A stretch of DNA of 42,800 bases from a virus, in IMG/VR virus record IMGVR_UViG_3300045988_042917, positions 1 to 42,800 of that record; one strand, 5' to 3'. A program made the position numbers and the translations under genes. The notes beneath the pieces were generated by a model. It searched no databases, was not told where the DNA came from, and was given only the letters and a program-made list of their open reading frames with translations. Each line of letters starts with the position of its first letter. Position 1 is the first letter of the stretch. Positions 32,161 through 40,145 of this stretch are shown piece by piece.

Positions 32161-32192
32161 ACAAAAGGGGCGGAGAAGGGGGAACTCCGCCC
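32161..32192 (-). terminator. Intra-operon hairpin with a U-tract (minus strand) between the prp-like gene and the tRNA-like element
   Basis: On the minus strand GGGCGGAG-ttccccctt-CTCCGCCCC is followed by TTTTGT. Confidence 0.55.
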
Positions 32193-32302
32193 GTAAGAAA
32201 GGAGATGCAGCAGACTATTACAGCCGCCGCCTGCCAGGGCGACATCTTAAAGGAGGTGAACTTGCTGTCTCATGCAACCCACGTTTTCAGCATAGCATTT
32301 AC

Positions 32303-32647
32303 TTATGCTTTGCTTTCAGCCCCACCTTGCGCATTTTTTTCAGTTTCTGTGAAAATTTTTATGTATTCCGGGTATTCCTGCATCAGCAGCACAAAGCCCT
32401 TGACTATTACAGACATTTCAACGACCGCCACAGGGTCATATTCAGTCAGCTTTATTCGCGCTTTGCCGTCGGATATATCAATTTCCGTGATATCTTTGGA
32501 ACTTTCCTGCAAAATAGCCACTGCCGTGCGCACAAGGATCGTCGCAGCCGCGCATATCAAATCCTCGCCTTTGGGCGCAGACTGCGCATGCCCTTCGATT
32601 TCTAATTCAAACGTGCTGTCGGTGCTGTTTACGCATACGTTTATCAT
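32303..32647 (-). CDS. prp: Prp-like (DUF464, ribosomal-processing cysteine protease family) protease. Probable head maturation protease.
   Basis: IEGHAQSAPKGEDLICAAATILVRTAV matches the Prp GHA......G.D.VCAA.S His/Cys dyad motif. The protein is 114 aa and is encoded between the portal and scaffold genes. Confidence 0.75.
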   Translation of the reverse strand: MINVCVNSTDSTFELEIEGHAQSAPKGEDLICAAATILVRTAVAILQESSKDITEIDISDGKARIKLTEYDPVAVVEMSVIVKGFVLLMQEYPEYIKIFTETEKNAQGGAESKA

Positions 32648-34575
32648 GTTGTCGCATATCCTCCATCAGGTATTGCCGCCTCGCGCGTCTTTGCCCGGGC
32701 GTTAGACACCTGTGCATGTTCGCGCTTTGCCGGGTCTTCTGCAATCTGCATATTCGCCTGCGGTGTGCTGATCTGCACGTTAGCCTGCTGTGCTATAGCC
32801 TGTATCTGCGCAAGCGACTGCGCATCACCGCATTTAGCTGCAAGGAGTGCCGCAACTTGCAGCACCGTGTTAAACCTTTCAAACAGTGTGCCGTTCTGCT
32901 TAATGGTCTTGCGTACATCATCGATGCTGTCAAAATCCATCATCGTAAGGCATGCAAGCGCCTGGTCTGTCTGCTGCGGATTGAAAAAGCCGAGATTGTA
33001 AAATTGTAATGCCAGCTCGTTATTTGACATCTTGGTGTATGCCGTGCGCTTCTGCGGAACGACGTTGATATCAAACTCCGGCACACGCTGCCCGATATCA
33101 TATCCTGCAAACATCTGTGTTTGCGGCTTTATGTGTTCATTGGAATAGCTTAAGAACAATTCCTCGCCGCCGTCACCTAAAATTCTAAACTGGCGCGGCG
33201 CGTCGTAAAACTGCCTTATCAGCTCTATTACAAGAAAGTTTAATTCGCTGTATGCCCTATAGCTTGCCTTGGTGCTGTCTCTACTGCCTTTGCCGCTTGC
33301 CTCCTGCAAGGCCGCTATCGCGCTTGCCGCCGTTACGCCGCTGCTTGTCGTGCCTGTTGCGGTTTCAGTGTTACCGCTTGTTTCACGCAACTCGTTGATG
33401 CTCAGCTGCAGCATGCTGATATAGTTACCGTCAAGGTTATCGTGCGTGACGGGCTTTAAGTTATCATCGTTTAAGCTGCCCTCTACGTTGATGATGGTTT
33501 CATTCAAGTTCGTAAACTGTTCAACGTTTACGCCGCAGTTGGCTTTTTTGAAGTACCTGGGCTTTGCGCCGACCATTGCATTTTCCACATATGCCGTTTT
33601 CATCAGGTCAATTTCGGTCTGCGGCGCCTTGCACAGATCTACATAGCCGTATCCGCATGGGCTACCTTCAATCGGAAACAGCGTGTCAAATACATATGGG
33701 TATTTGCCGTGGTCATACCATCCGGTCATTGCGCGGTCAGGGTCATTTTCCGTCGCATAAAGCACAGTACCCGGCACGAACAGTATGTAGTGCAGTACAC
33801 CGTTTTTGTGATAGTACGCACTGATAACAGGTACTTTGTCAGTCGTGTCTACATGGTCATCGTATCTGTATTTGCTGGTTATAAAATCATGCGGTATGTT
33901 CTTGCCCTCCGGCAGCTCCGCCGGAAACATGGCGCGGACTTCGGCTTCATCCTGAAAATCGACCTCGAAAAAGTATTTCGACTGCTGTATATCCTCAACG
34001 CCCGGTTCCCAGAACAGATTAAGGATGTTGCACTTCCGCACATCAATATCGCCCAAGCCGTTCATTTTGTTCTTGTCCCATATGACCTTGTATACGCCTG
34101 TGCCGGTCTTTAGCTTTGACCACATAACTTTACTGTAGATGGTCTCAAACTGGTTTTTCTCCAGAACCACAGGAATTATTTTAGACAGCGTAGCCGCCTC
34201 CACCTTATCTCCTTGTTCCCTCGGCAGTATGTTAGGTTCAGGGTAGGCATCCATTGCGTCGGCATGCTTGTTAGTGATCACGTTATGCAGCCAGCCGCTT
34301 TTGCTACGAAAGCCTGGCTTTGCGTGACCGTCCTTGTCTTCTTCAACATCGTTTCGCAGCTTCCACCAGTTTTCCGACGCGATGATACGGCTATCGACCG
34401 ACTTCTTCCCGGCGCGATATTTGTTTAGTATCTGCATCAAATCCTGTATCTGCTGTTCCCCAATGGGTTTTATGCCAAGCATCTGCGCCGCAGTTTCAAC
34501 GCTGCCAAGCTCAGGCGCTTTGCTGCCGTCTGCTCGTATAGTGTCCTTAGTGATATCCATTTGCTTTGTATCCAT
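32644..34575 (-). CDS. Portal protein
   Basis: The 643-aa gene lies immediately downstream of, and overlaps, the terminase large subunit gene, with size and position typical of a portal. The start could be the ATG at 34560. Confidence 0.75.
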   Translation of the reverse strand: MDTKQMDITKDTIRADGSKAPELGSVETAAQMLGIKPIGEQQIQDLMQILNKYRAGKKSVDSRIIASENWWKLRNDVEEDKDGHAKPGFRSKSGWLHNVITNKHADAMDAYPEPNILPREQGDKVEAATLSKIIPVVLEKNQFETIYSKVMWSKLKTGTGVYKVIWDKNKMNGLGDIDVRKCNILNLFWEPGVEDIQQSKYFFEVDFQDEAEVRAMFPAELPEGKNIPHDFITSKYRYDDHVDTTDKVPVISAYYHKNGVLHYILFVPGTVLYATENDPDRAMTGWYDHGKYPYVFDTLFPIEGSPCGYGYVDLCKAPQTEIDLMKTAYVENAMVGAKPRYFKKANCGVNVEQFTNLNETIINVEGSLNDDNLKPVTHDNLDGNYISMLQLSINELRETSGNTETATGTTSSGVTAASAIAALQEASGKGSRDSTKASYRAYSELNFLVIELIRQFYDAPRQFRILGDGGEELFLSYSNEHIKPQTQMFAGYDIGQRVPEFDINVVPQKRTAYTKMSNNELALQFYNLGFFNPQQTDQALACLTMMDFDSIDDVRKTIKQNGTLFERFNTVLQVAALLAAKCGDAQSLAQIQAIAQQANVQISTPQANMQIAEDPAKREHAQVSNARAKTREAAIPDGGYATT

Positions 34576-36013
34576 CCTTCTTGTATTGGTTCAAGGGGTC
34601 TGACAATATGACTTTGGGCTTTTCCGGTATTATCGGGCTTATCGGTCTTGCCATACACATATAACGCCATTCATCACTTGCATGATCTTCCATCGATGTG
34701 TCCAAATCTTCCGGTTTATGTTCGTCGTACATCAACAACGGTATAGTACGGATAAACGCCTTGCAGTTGTCGAATACATACATGCGCGGATAACCGTTAT
34801 CGTCAAATTGCAGCCGATAATGGCATTGCATCCAGCCTGCAAGCCGCTTGTTGTCGCCGGGGTCGAAGTATACGCCGTATTTCTCGGCGGTCTCCGCGAC
34901 CGACACGCCGCGCGACACATCCCATATTGATGGGTCAGCAACGCCGAGTATCTTACGCCCTTTTAGCCATGGGTGTTCGCGTTCCATGTCTGCTATACGT
35001 TTGAATTGCTCGTCAGGTGTCCATTTAACGCCTTCGTTAGGCGTATCTGTGCAGCCGTACAATTCCAATACGCGATACAGTACGCCGTCATAGTCGATAG
35101 CCCACCATGCGCAGCTAAACGGTTTGTTATAGCCAAAGTCGTATGACCTGTATATCGTCCAGCCACGCGCCGCGCCTTCGTTCAAGTCAAATGCCGGGAT
35201 TACATGCGTAAATCTGCGCTGTGCAATAGCTTCTTCTGGCGTTATCCCTGCCTTTGCGCACAGTTGCGCATCCGGGCGCGTTCTGAAATCTTCAAAGAAT
35301 GCGCCGTCGAATATATCCCATTCGCCCTCCAGCCATGCCTTGCGCAGCTTAGGCGGCAGGGCTTCAAGTTTTTTTATGTAGTCGGGGTCTGCATCCATCA
35401 GCGGTTTGTTATCCGTGACCTTGCTTTGAATAAATGAATAGTCCTCGGGGTTTTCCCCAGCGGTATATGCGCGGTCTATCGCCAGCCGCTTCACCCAACT
35501 GTGCCCCACACCGCCGGGGTTACATGTAACATATATCCGCCGGGGGAAATCATTAGCGCCACGCACGCAAGCCGACAGCTTTCTAAACCGTTCCTCGGTC
35601 TGGTGCGTTCCTTCGTCCAAAAACAAAATGTCTGTTTCTGTGCCCTGAAAGCGTTCAGCGTCCTTGTCGGTGTCGCAGTACCTAAATAATATTCTGCTGC
35701 CGTTCGGGAATGTGATGACCTTCTTCTGATCGTTGTAGCTTGCCATTCGCTGCGATTTATCCGCGTCATAACAATGCAGGTCGCGTGTAAGCGGCACTAT
35801 GTGGTTTTCCTGTAATTCCGGGTATGTCTTACGCACGATCATGCACGTTATCCCCGGGAATTTAAAACAGTACAGCACCGCCGATACGCGCACGACAAAG
35901 CTTTTCCCGCCGCCGCGTGCGCCGCCGAAGAACACTACAGGCGCTCTACACTCAAGAAAAGCCCTCTGCGTGGGCGAGAGATAATCAACCTTAAACTCTC
36001 TCATTTTTGGCAA
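34547..36013 (-). CDS. terL: Terminase large subunit
   Basis: It has Walker A FFGGARGGGKS and Walker B DILFLDEGTH. The C-terminal nuclease region contains DFGYN...DHASDEWRY. Confidence 0.92.
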   Translation of the reverse strand: MPKMREFKVDYLSPTQRAFLECRAPVVFFGGARGGGKSFVVRVSAVLYCFKFPGITCMIVRKTYPELQENHIVPLTRDLHCYDADKSQRMASYNDQKKVITFPNGSRILFRYCDTDKDAERFQGTETDILFLDEGTHQTEERFRKLSACVRGANDFPRRIYVTCNPGGVGHSWVKRLAIDRAYTAGENPEDYSFIQSKVTDNKPLMDADPDYIKKLEALPPKLRKAWLEGEWDIFDGAFFEDFRTRPDAQLCAKAGITPEEAIAQRRFTHVIPAFDLNEGAARGWTIYRSYDFGYNKPFSCAWWAIDYDGVLYRVLELYGCTDTPNEGVKWTPDEQFKRIADMEREHPWLKGRKILGVADPSIWDVSRGVSVAETAEKYGVYFDPGDNKRLAGWMQCHYRLQFDDNGYPRMYVFDNCKAFIRTIPLLMYDEHKPEDLDTSMEDHASDEWRYMCMARPISPIIPEKPKVILSDPLNQYKKDGYKANGYH

Positions 36014-36510
36014 AAGCCGTCAGCGCCGGCAATGATAACGCGCACCGGCTCCGGCTGTGCTTCCCCTGCTGCCTGGCGTTCAAGGTTCTTAATGCGTGCT
36101 TCCTGTTCGCGTTTATCTGCATCGCTCTTCACGCCCTGAATATCGGCTAAATCCTTCATAGCCCCTGTGAGGCTGCGTAAGCCGCGTTTATCTTTCAATA
36201 TATCCTCGTCCGTTATCTGTGCTACGGCGCTGCATATCTTGCTTGAAAGCAGCCCAGCGGCCTCTAATAGGCTCTTGTATTCCTGATATTCTATCTCTCG
36301 CTGTGCCTGCACACGGTCTGCACCCCTCTGCGTCCTAAACTGCGCCCTTTCCTGCGCCCACTGCTCCCTCGCCGCGCGTTTCCGCAAGGTGCTATAGGAA
36401 ACATTGTGCTTCTCCGCAAGCGGCCGTGTGCCTATGTCAGTAGTGATGTATTCGGTTTTGATATCATCCCATTTACTCATGCTTTTATAATAATGCAGGT
36501 GGCGCTGCAT
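36001..36510 (-). CDS. terS: Terminase small subunit (HTH-containing)
   Basis: It lies upstream of and overlaps terL. It contains IGTRPLAEKHNVSYSTLRKRAAREQW followed by a coiled coil. The RBS is AAGGTGGGG before the ATG at 36510. Confidence 0.7.
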   Translation of the reverse strand: MQRHLHYYKSMSKWDDIKTEYITTDIGTRPLAEKHNVSYSTLRKRAAREQWAQERAQFRTQRGADRVQAQREIEYQEYKSLLEAAGLLSSKICSAVAQITDEDILKDKRGLRSLTGAMKDLADIQGVKSDADKREQEARIKNLERQAAGEAQPEPVRVIIAGADGFCQK

Positions 36511-36579
36511 TAATCAGCCCCACCTTGCGCACTTTTTTAGTTTTATATGCAAATCGCATAAAATCCATGTCGATGATTT

Positions 36580-36753
36580 GTGCATTTTGCTGTTTTAATA
36601 TTTTTTACCGCGTCCGGATTGTCTATCGCAGACTTTGCCGCGAGCTATGCGATACCATACAGTACCTTACAGCACTGGCGCTCAGGCGTTAACTCATGCC
36701 CAGCTTATATCCGGCTGCTGCTGCGGTTGAACGGGCTTTACAAATTCAAATGA
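36580..36753 (+). CDS. Small plus-strand HTH protein (about 57 aa). It is below the ORF-track length cutoff and is divergent from terS.
   Basis: My own translation from the GTG at 36580 is MHFAVLIFFTASGLSIADFAASYAIPYSTLQHWRSGVNSCPAYIRLLLRLNGLYKFK. GLS..FA...IP..TL..W..G...CP.Y...LL is a recurrent phage/plasmid HTH pattern. The start codon is uncertain and there is no clear RBS. Confidence 0.45.
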   Translation: MHFAVLIFFTASGLSIADFAASYAIPYSTLQHWRSGVNSCPAYIRLLLRLNGLYKFK

Positions 36754-36757
36754 TTAT

Positions 36758-36786
36758 AAGGGGTAACGCTTAATGCGTTACCCCTT
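36758..36786. terminator. Perfect 12-bp stem hairpin between convergent genes. Candidate bidirectional terminator.
   Basis: The sequence is AAGGGGTAACGC-ttaat-GCGTTACCCCTT. It overlaps the stop codon of the minus-strand gene 36785..37012 and lies 4 nt after the stop of the plus-strand HTH ORF. Confidence 0.65.
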
Positions 36787-37012
36787 AGTATTTTTCCGCT
36801 AATGTGATCTTATAGACTGGGCATTGGGCATATTGTGTGCAACAGTATTTCGACACATGCACCCGGCGTTTTTGTTCATCGCCTTTGAACCAAAGCTGCA
36901 ATCTTGCGTCACCGCATGGCCCCTCACAGAATATCTTATTCTCTCGTGCCGAGCCTTTTGACCAAAACGGGCACTTTGCCCGGCTGTCATAATATCCGTC
37001 AGCGCCCCTCAT
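36785..37012 (-). CDS. Cys-rich small protein (75 aa)
   Basis: I chose the ATG at 37012. The product is MRGADGYYDSRAKCPFWSKG...IFCEGPCGD...SKYCCTQYAQCPVY. The longer track ORF would overlap the upstream gene by 110 nt. Confidence 0.45.
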   Translation of the reverse strand: MRGADGYYDSRAKCPFWSKGSARENKIFCEGPCGDARLQLWFKGDEQKRRVHVSKYCCTQYAQCPVYKITLAEKY

Positions 37013-37241
37013 GCAGCGTGTACCTCGCGTACCGTGTGGGAACGCCGTAACGGTTAAGCCCGGTTTCCATTGTTGTTTCAACGTCATAGCCGCGTTTGCG
37101 AAGATCAAACACGCGCCCGGATGCCCTGCCTATGCCGTAGTCATACATTGCCTCGCGGCTCGTTATGCTGCCGTGTTCGCGCATGTGATTTAACATCATG
37201 TCACACTGACTTTGAATTATCATGTTCCGCGATACCTCCAC
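36999..37241 (-). CDS. Winged-helix DNA-binding protein (HTH_39-like)
   Basis: QSQCDMMLNHMREHGSITSREAMYDYGIGRASGRVFDLRKRGYDVET...NRYGVPTRYARYTL matches the pattern Q..iL..L...gsIT..eA....gi.Rl..RI.dLr..G..I. Confidence 0.6.
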   Translation of the reverse strand: MEVSRNMIIQSQCDMMLNHMREHGSITSREAMYDYGIGRASGRVFDLRKRGYDVETTMETGLNRYGVPTRYARYTLHEGR

Positions 37242-37435
37242 ACCATTTTATGTGTTTTCGTCCGCACGGCCTTAGCTCGTTTTATGTAGCCAGCAACCAA
37301 TATGCCCTTTGCTGAATCATCTTCACGCCGTGCGGCCTTGATAGCTTCGTTTCTTTCGCAAAACGCCTTGTACCGTTCGCACGTTGCATGGCATTTCACA
37401 GTCCGATCCGGGCAATTACGGCAGTCACTTTCCAT
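37220..37435 (-). CDS. Cys-rich small protein (71 aa)
   Basis: It contains MESDCRNCPDRTVKCHATCERYKAFCE, a putative metal-binding segment. Confidence 0.5.
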   Translation of the reverse strand: MESDCRNCPDRTVKCHATCERYKAFCERNEAIKAARREDDSAKGILVAGYIKRAKAVRTKTHKMVWRYRGT

Positions 37436-37682
37436 AGCTTACAGGTTCAAAATCGTGACACCAGCCGTTACGCTTATCGCAGTCGCATGCGCACTGATCG
37501 CAGCACCAGTCGTAATAGGTGTTTTCACTGCGTCGGCAGATTTCACGGATTGCTACACGGTAATCATTTATTTGCTCGTTCAAATGGTTTGCCGAGCTGG
37601 CCATGCTGTCATAAAAACACATTGGAACACCGCCGAGAATATCAATCAGCCATTTACGTATTGCGTATAGTAGTTTTTTCAT
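37425..37682 (-). CDS. Cys-rich small protein (85 aa)
   Basis: It contains the cluster YYDWCCDQCACDCDKRNGWCHDF. Confidence 0.5.
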   Translation of the reverse strand: MKKLLYAIRKWLIDILGGVPMCFYDSMASSANHLNEQINDYRVAIREICRRSENTYYDWCCDQCACDCDKRNGWCHDFEPVSYGK

Positions 37683-37966
37683 GTTTCTACTCCTTCAGTA
37701 AGTGTTTGCTTGCCGGTATACATTGCGTAGCCCCGCTCGATAGAAGCGCCGAAGCTGCTACTCCAGTCCTTAAGCAGGTAGATCGCGTCGGCCGTATCTA
37801 TCATTGCGAAGCAGATGCGCATATAGTCTGCCGGGAGCATGCCCTCCGGCAGCTCAGCAGGATTTAATACGATATGTCGCTGCGCCTCAAGGCTCTTCGC
37901 GGCGATATTGAATTTCTCTTTGTAATTGGGCTCACCGGTGATCTTTCCGGCTATGTAGATCTTCAT
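37679..37966 (-). CDS. DUF4406 / nucleoside 2-deoxyribosyltransferase-like protein
   Basis: MKIYIAGKITGEPNYKEKF...VLNPAE...CFAMIDTADAIYLLKDWSSSFGASIE matches the DUF4406 pattern (MKIYISGPITG...NP...cD.i.ml.gW..S.GA..E). Confidence 0.65.
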   Translation of the reverse strand: MKIYIAGKITGEPNYKEKFNIAAKSLEAQRHIVLNPAELPEGMLPADYMRICFAMIDTADAIYLLKDWSSSFGASIERGYAMYTGKQTLTEGVET

Positions 37967-37999
37967 TTTGCTTTCCTTCCTCCTTGCTTGTAATTCCTT

Positions 38000-38353
38000 T
38001 CAAAATGCTATGCCCGAATGTTCGCCGCGTTCGGGCAAATCAACCATTTCAGGCCGTTTCATTTCCTGCTCCACAGCCCACGCTATATTCCACAGCGCCG
38101 CTACAAGGTGATGCGCTTCCGCGTCGCCCTGTATGTACAGGCTAAGATGCCGTATGCCGCTGTCTATCAAGCTGTGCTGGGGTATGCCTTTGTCGACGTT
38201 CCTTTCCCCATAGTGGATAGCGCCGCGTTCACAGTGCTGTGCAAGGGCGTGTATCGCTCCCCAGGGCAGCAAATCATAGCGGCCTTTCCCCGCGGCATTG
38301 TCCCTCACTGCGCCGGTAGAAAACTCGCGGCGTTCATCCTTTTCGAATTTCAC
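38000..38353 (-). CDS. dATP/dGTP pyrophosphohydrolase N-terminal-domain-like protein (DUF5664-like)
   Basis: REFSTGAVRDNAAGKGRYDLLPWGAIHALAQHCERGAIHYGERNVDKGIP...DSGIRHL matches that family's motif, recalled from memory. It has a GTG start after AGGTGGGAGG. Confidence 0.55.
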   Translation of the reverse strand: MKFEKDERREFSTGAVRDNAAGKGRYDLLPWGAIHALAQHCERGAIHYGERNVDKGIPQHSLIDSGIRHLSLYIQGDAEAHHLVAALWNIAWAVEQEMKRPEMVDLPERGEHSGIAF

Positions 38354-38495
38354 TATCCTCCCACCTTTCGCCGATATCTTCTAAAAAGTGCAGAAATTCA
38401 TGCGTATCTGCGCAATAATATTGTTTGCCGTTAACGGTAACCGTGTAGCTGCCGTCGTGGTTACTTTTGGCTTCCCAGCCTACGTTTTTTGCCAT
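38334..38495 (-). CDS. Small hypothetical protein (53 aa), below the ORF-track cutoff
   Basis: My own translation is MAKNVGWEAKSNHDGSYTVTVNGKQYYCADTHEFLHFLEDIGERWEDSEIRKG. Its ATG overlaps the upstream stop (TAATG) and it fills an otherwise non-coding gap. Confidence 0.4.
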   Translation of the reverse strand: MAKNVGWEAKSNHDGSYTVTVNGKQYYCADTHEFLHFLEDIGERWEDSEIRKG

Positions 38496-38821
38496 TATCG
38501 CCTACCATACCTTTCATCGAATGGCGAGAAGTTACCTTCGCCCACTATTTCACGGATGCGCCGGTCAAGGACGGTTTTTGAATATTCCAGGCTTTTATCG
38601 CCCACGCTGTCTTCTACGAACAGTTCGGCAATTTCGTTTACATACATAACGAATCTTTCGCCGAACGCCTTAGCGCGTCCAGCGCCCAAACCCAAAATAT
38701 CATTAGCCGCCATAAACGCCGCGTCTTCGGCCATCTGCATACGGTTATTCACATAAAGCTGCATCTCTATGTCGAATTCGCGCCGTATACGCTTTGCAAA
38801 CCCCGATTGTTTTCTACCCAT
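38495..38821 (-). CDS. Hypothetical protein (108 aa)
   Basis: It is an ORF in the early operon. No family was recognised. Confidence 0.5.
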   Translation of the reverse strand: MGRKQSGFAKRIRREFDIEMQLYVNNRMQMAEDAAFMAANDILGLGAGRAKAFGERFVMYVNEIAELFVEDSVGDKSLEYSKTVLDRRIREIVGEGNFSPFDERYGRR

Positions 38822-38975
38822 GCGCTTTCACCACCTTAAATTGCTTTGTATACGGTTCAAAATCCAGCGGCAGGCAATTCAACTGCGTCGGTGTGTTCAT
38901 CCTGCAATCGCTTAACGGGCATTTAAAGCAGCTATTGCTATAAATGCAGCGCTTGGTTTTTTCACGTGTGCGCAT
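38814..38975 (-). CDS. Small Cys-rich hypothetical protein (53 aa), below the ORF-track cutoff
   Basis: My own translation is MRTREKTKRCIYSNSCFKCPLSDCRMNTPTQLNCLPLDFEPYTKQFKVVKAHG. It fills the gap between 38821 and 38978 and overlaps the next start by 8 nt. Confidence 0.35.
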   Translation of the reverse strand: MRTREKTKRCIYSNSCFKCPLSDCRMNTPTQLNCLPLDFEPYTKQFKVVKAHG

Positions 38976-38977
38976 TG

Positions 38978-39250
38978 TCAGACCTCCTCCTTCTTGGTGT
39001 ACCCATCCTTCAATAATCTATTCCTACGGCAACACGAACACCTCTGATGTCGTAAGCCCTTCCACGCACAACCATCGCAGTTCCCAATTTCAACATAATC
39101 AAACAATATAGGGTTGTACACATCGAGTTCTAATGTTTGTTGAACATTAAGCAAAGCGTTGTCCATGTATGGTGAAATATTGGTGGAGCGGTTTTTGCGA
39201 ACCTTCCTGAGATAGTCAATCAAGTGGTCAAAGTTGACATAGATGCTCAT
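38978..39250 (-). CDS. Hypothetical protein with a C-terminal Cys cluster (90 aa)
   Basis: I chose the ATG at 39250 because it makes an ATGA overlap with the upstream stop. The sequence contains ...GNCDGCAWKGLRHQRCSCCRRN. Confidence 0.5.
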   Translation of the reverse strand: MSIYVNFDHLIDYLRKVRKNRSTNISPYMDNALLNVQQTLELDVYNPILFDYVEIGNCDGCAWKGLRHQRCSCCRRNRLLKDGYTKKEEV

Positions 39251-39666
39251 ACGCTGTCCTCCCGCACATCTGGGAAAGCTGTCCCCGGGCACGGGAGATA
39301 CATCCCACATTTCAACCCATCGGGGAAGTCCTCATCAATCGTGCTGCCAACATAGTATGGCGGGTCAACAATCGGTATCGTGCCGAAAAACACCGCATTT
39401 TCCTCACCCATTTCATCAATCGGAATGATTTCGTGCGCGAAGGTCTTATATGCCGCATCTGTTGGATTTTTCGCCTTAACCAGCGCTCGTTTTTCGCACC
39501 TTTCGCAATCCACGAGGAAAAGCCCTTCTTCGCAGTAATATGCGGAAAGATGCTCTCCGCAACTGCCGCAGTGTATGTTCGTGCCTCTCGCAAGGAAATC
39601 TCTCCCGTTTCCTTTTCCACCAAAAACGGAATGACACAACTTATCGTATCTTGAAACACCAGCCAT
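39247..39666 (-). CDS. Hypothetical zinc-ribbon-containing protein (139 aa)
   Basis: It contains the motifs HCGSCGEHL...DCERCEK. Confidence 0.5.
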   Translation of the reverse strand: MAGVSRYDKLCHSVFGGKGNGRDFLARGTNIHCGSCGEHLSAYYCEEGLFLVDCERCEKRALVKAKNPTDAAYKTFAHEIIPIDEMGEENAVFFGTIPIVDPPYYVGSTIDEDFPDGLKCGMYLPCPGTAFPDVREDSV

Positions 39667-39681
39667 TGTCAGTCCTCCTTT

Positions 39682-39969
39682 TTATTTTTCCCATTCAAGC
39701 GCCTGCCCACAGTGAATGCAAAAAGCAAACGGAAAAAGCTCTCGATGCGATTGTTCGCAGCTTGGGCACTCGCAGTCATAGATTATGTAACCGTTATTGT
39801 CTATTGCAAAGTTCGTCGGCTTTTTCGGTATCTGCTTATCAAGCGCAGCGCATGCCACCAAGCAAGCCTCATCAACTGCGGCAATTTCTGCGTTCTCGCT
39901 TTCGAATTCTTCGAGCGCTTCTGCTGTAGTGTCGGGATGTATAATCCTTTTCGCTTCTGCTGCTGTCAT
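39682..39969 (-). CDS. Hypothetical zinc-ribbon protein (95 aa)
   Basis: I chose the ATG at 39969 (ATGA overlap with the upstream stop). It contains DCECPSCEQ...FCIHCGQ. Confidence 0.5.
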   Translation of the reverse strand: MTAAEAKRIIHPDTTAEALEEFESENAEIAAVDEACLVACAALDKQIPKKPTNFAIDNNGYIIYDCECPSCEQSHRELFPFAFCIHCGQALEWEK

Positions 39970-40145
39970 TCGGTAGACTCCCCTCTCTTTCCGTTCAACC
40001 ACAGCTTTAACTCATATGCGCATGACTCACAAAGCTCGTAGTCGATGGCATATGCGTAATCCGTACTCTTCACACTTATATATGTCATAGAACTTGACGG
40101 ATGGATTTCAGCTCCGCAGCGGTCACAAAATCTTTTAATTGCCAT
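39966..40145 (-). CDS. Small zinc-ribbon protein (59 aa)
   Basis: I chose the ATG at 40145 (TAATG overlap). It contains MAIKRFCDRCGAEI...LCESCAYEL. Confidence 0.5.
   Translation of the reverse strand: MAIKRFCDRCGAEIHPSSSMTYISVKSTDYAYAIDYELCESCAYELKLWLNGKRGESTE

Noticed and set aside
37679-38353. A Z-genome (2-aminoadenine) or other hypermodification pathway, suggested by the dNTP pyrophosphohydrolase-like and deoxyribosyltransferase-like genes.
   Set aside because: No PurZ/adenylosuccinate-synthetase-like, DatZ (HD) or deazaguanine (QueC/D/E, DpdA) genes are recognisable in the window. The two genes alone are common in unmodified phages.
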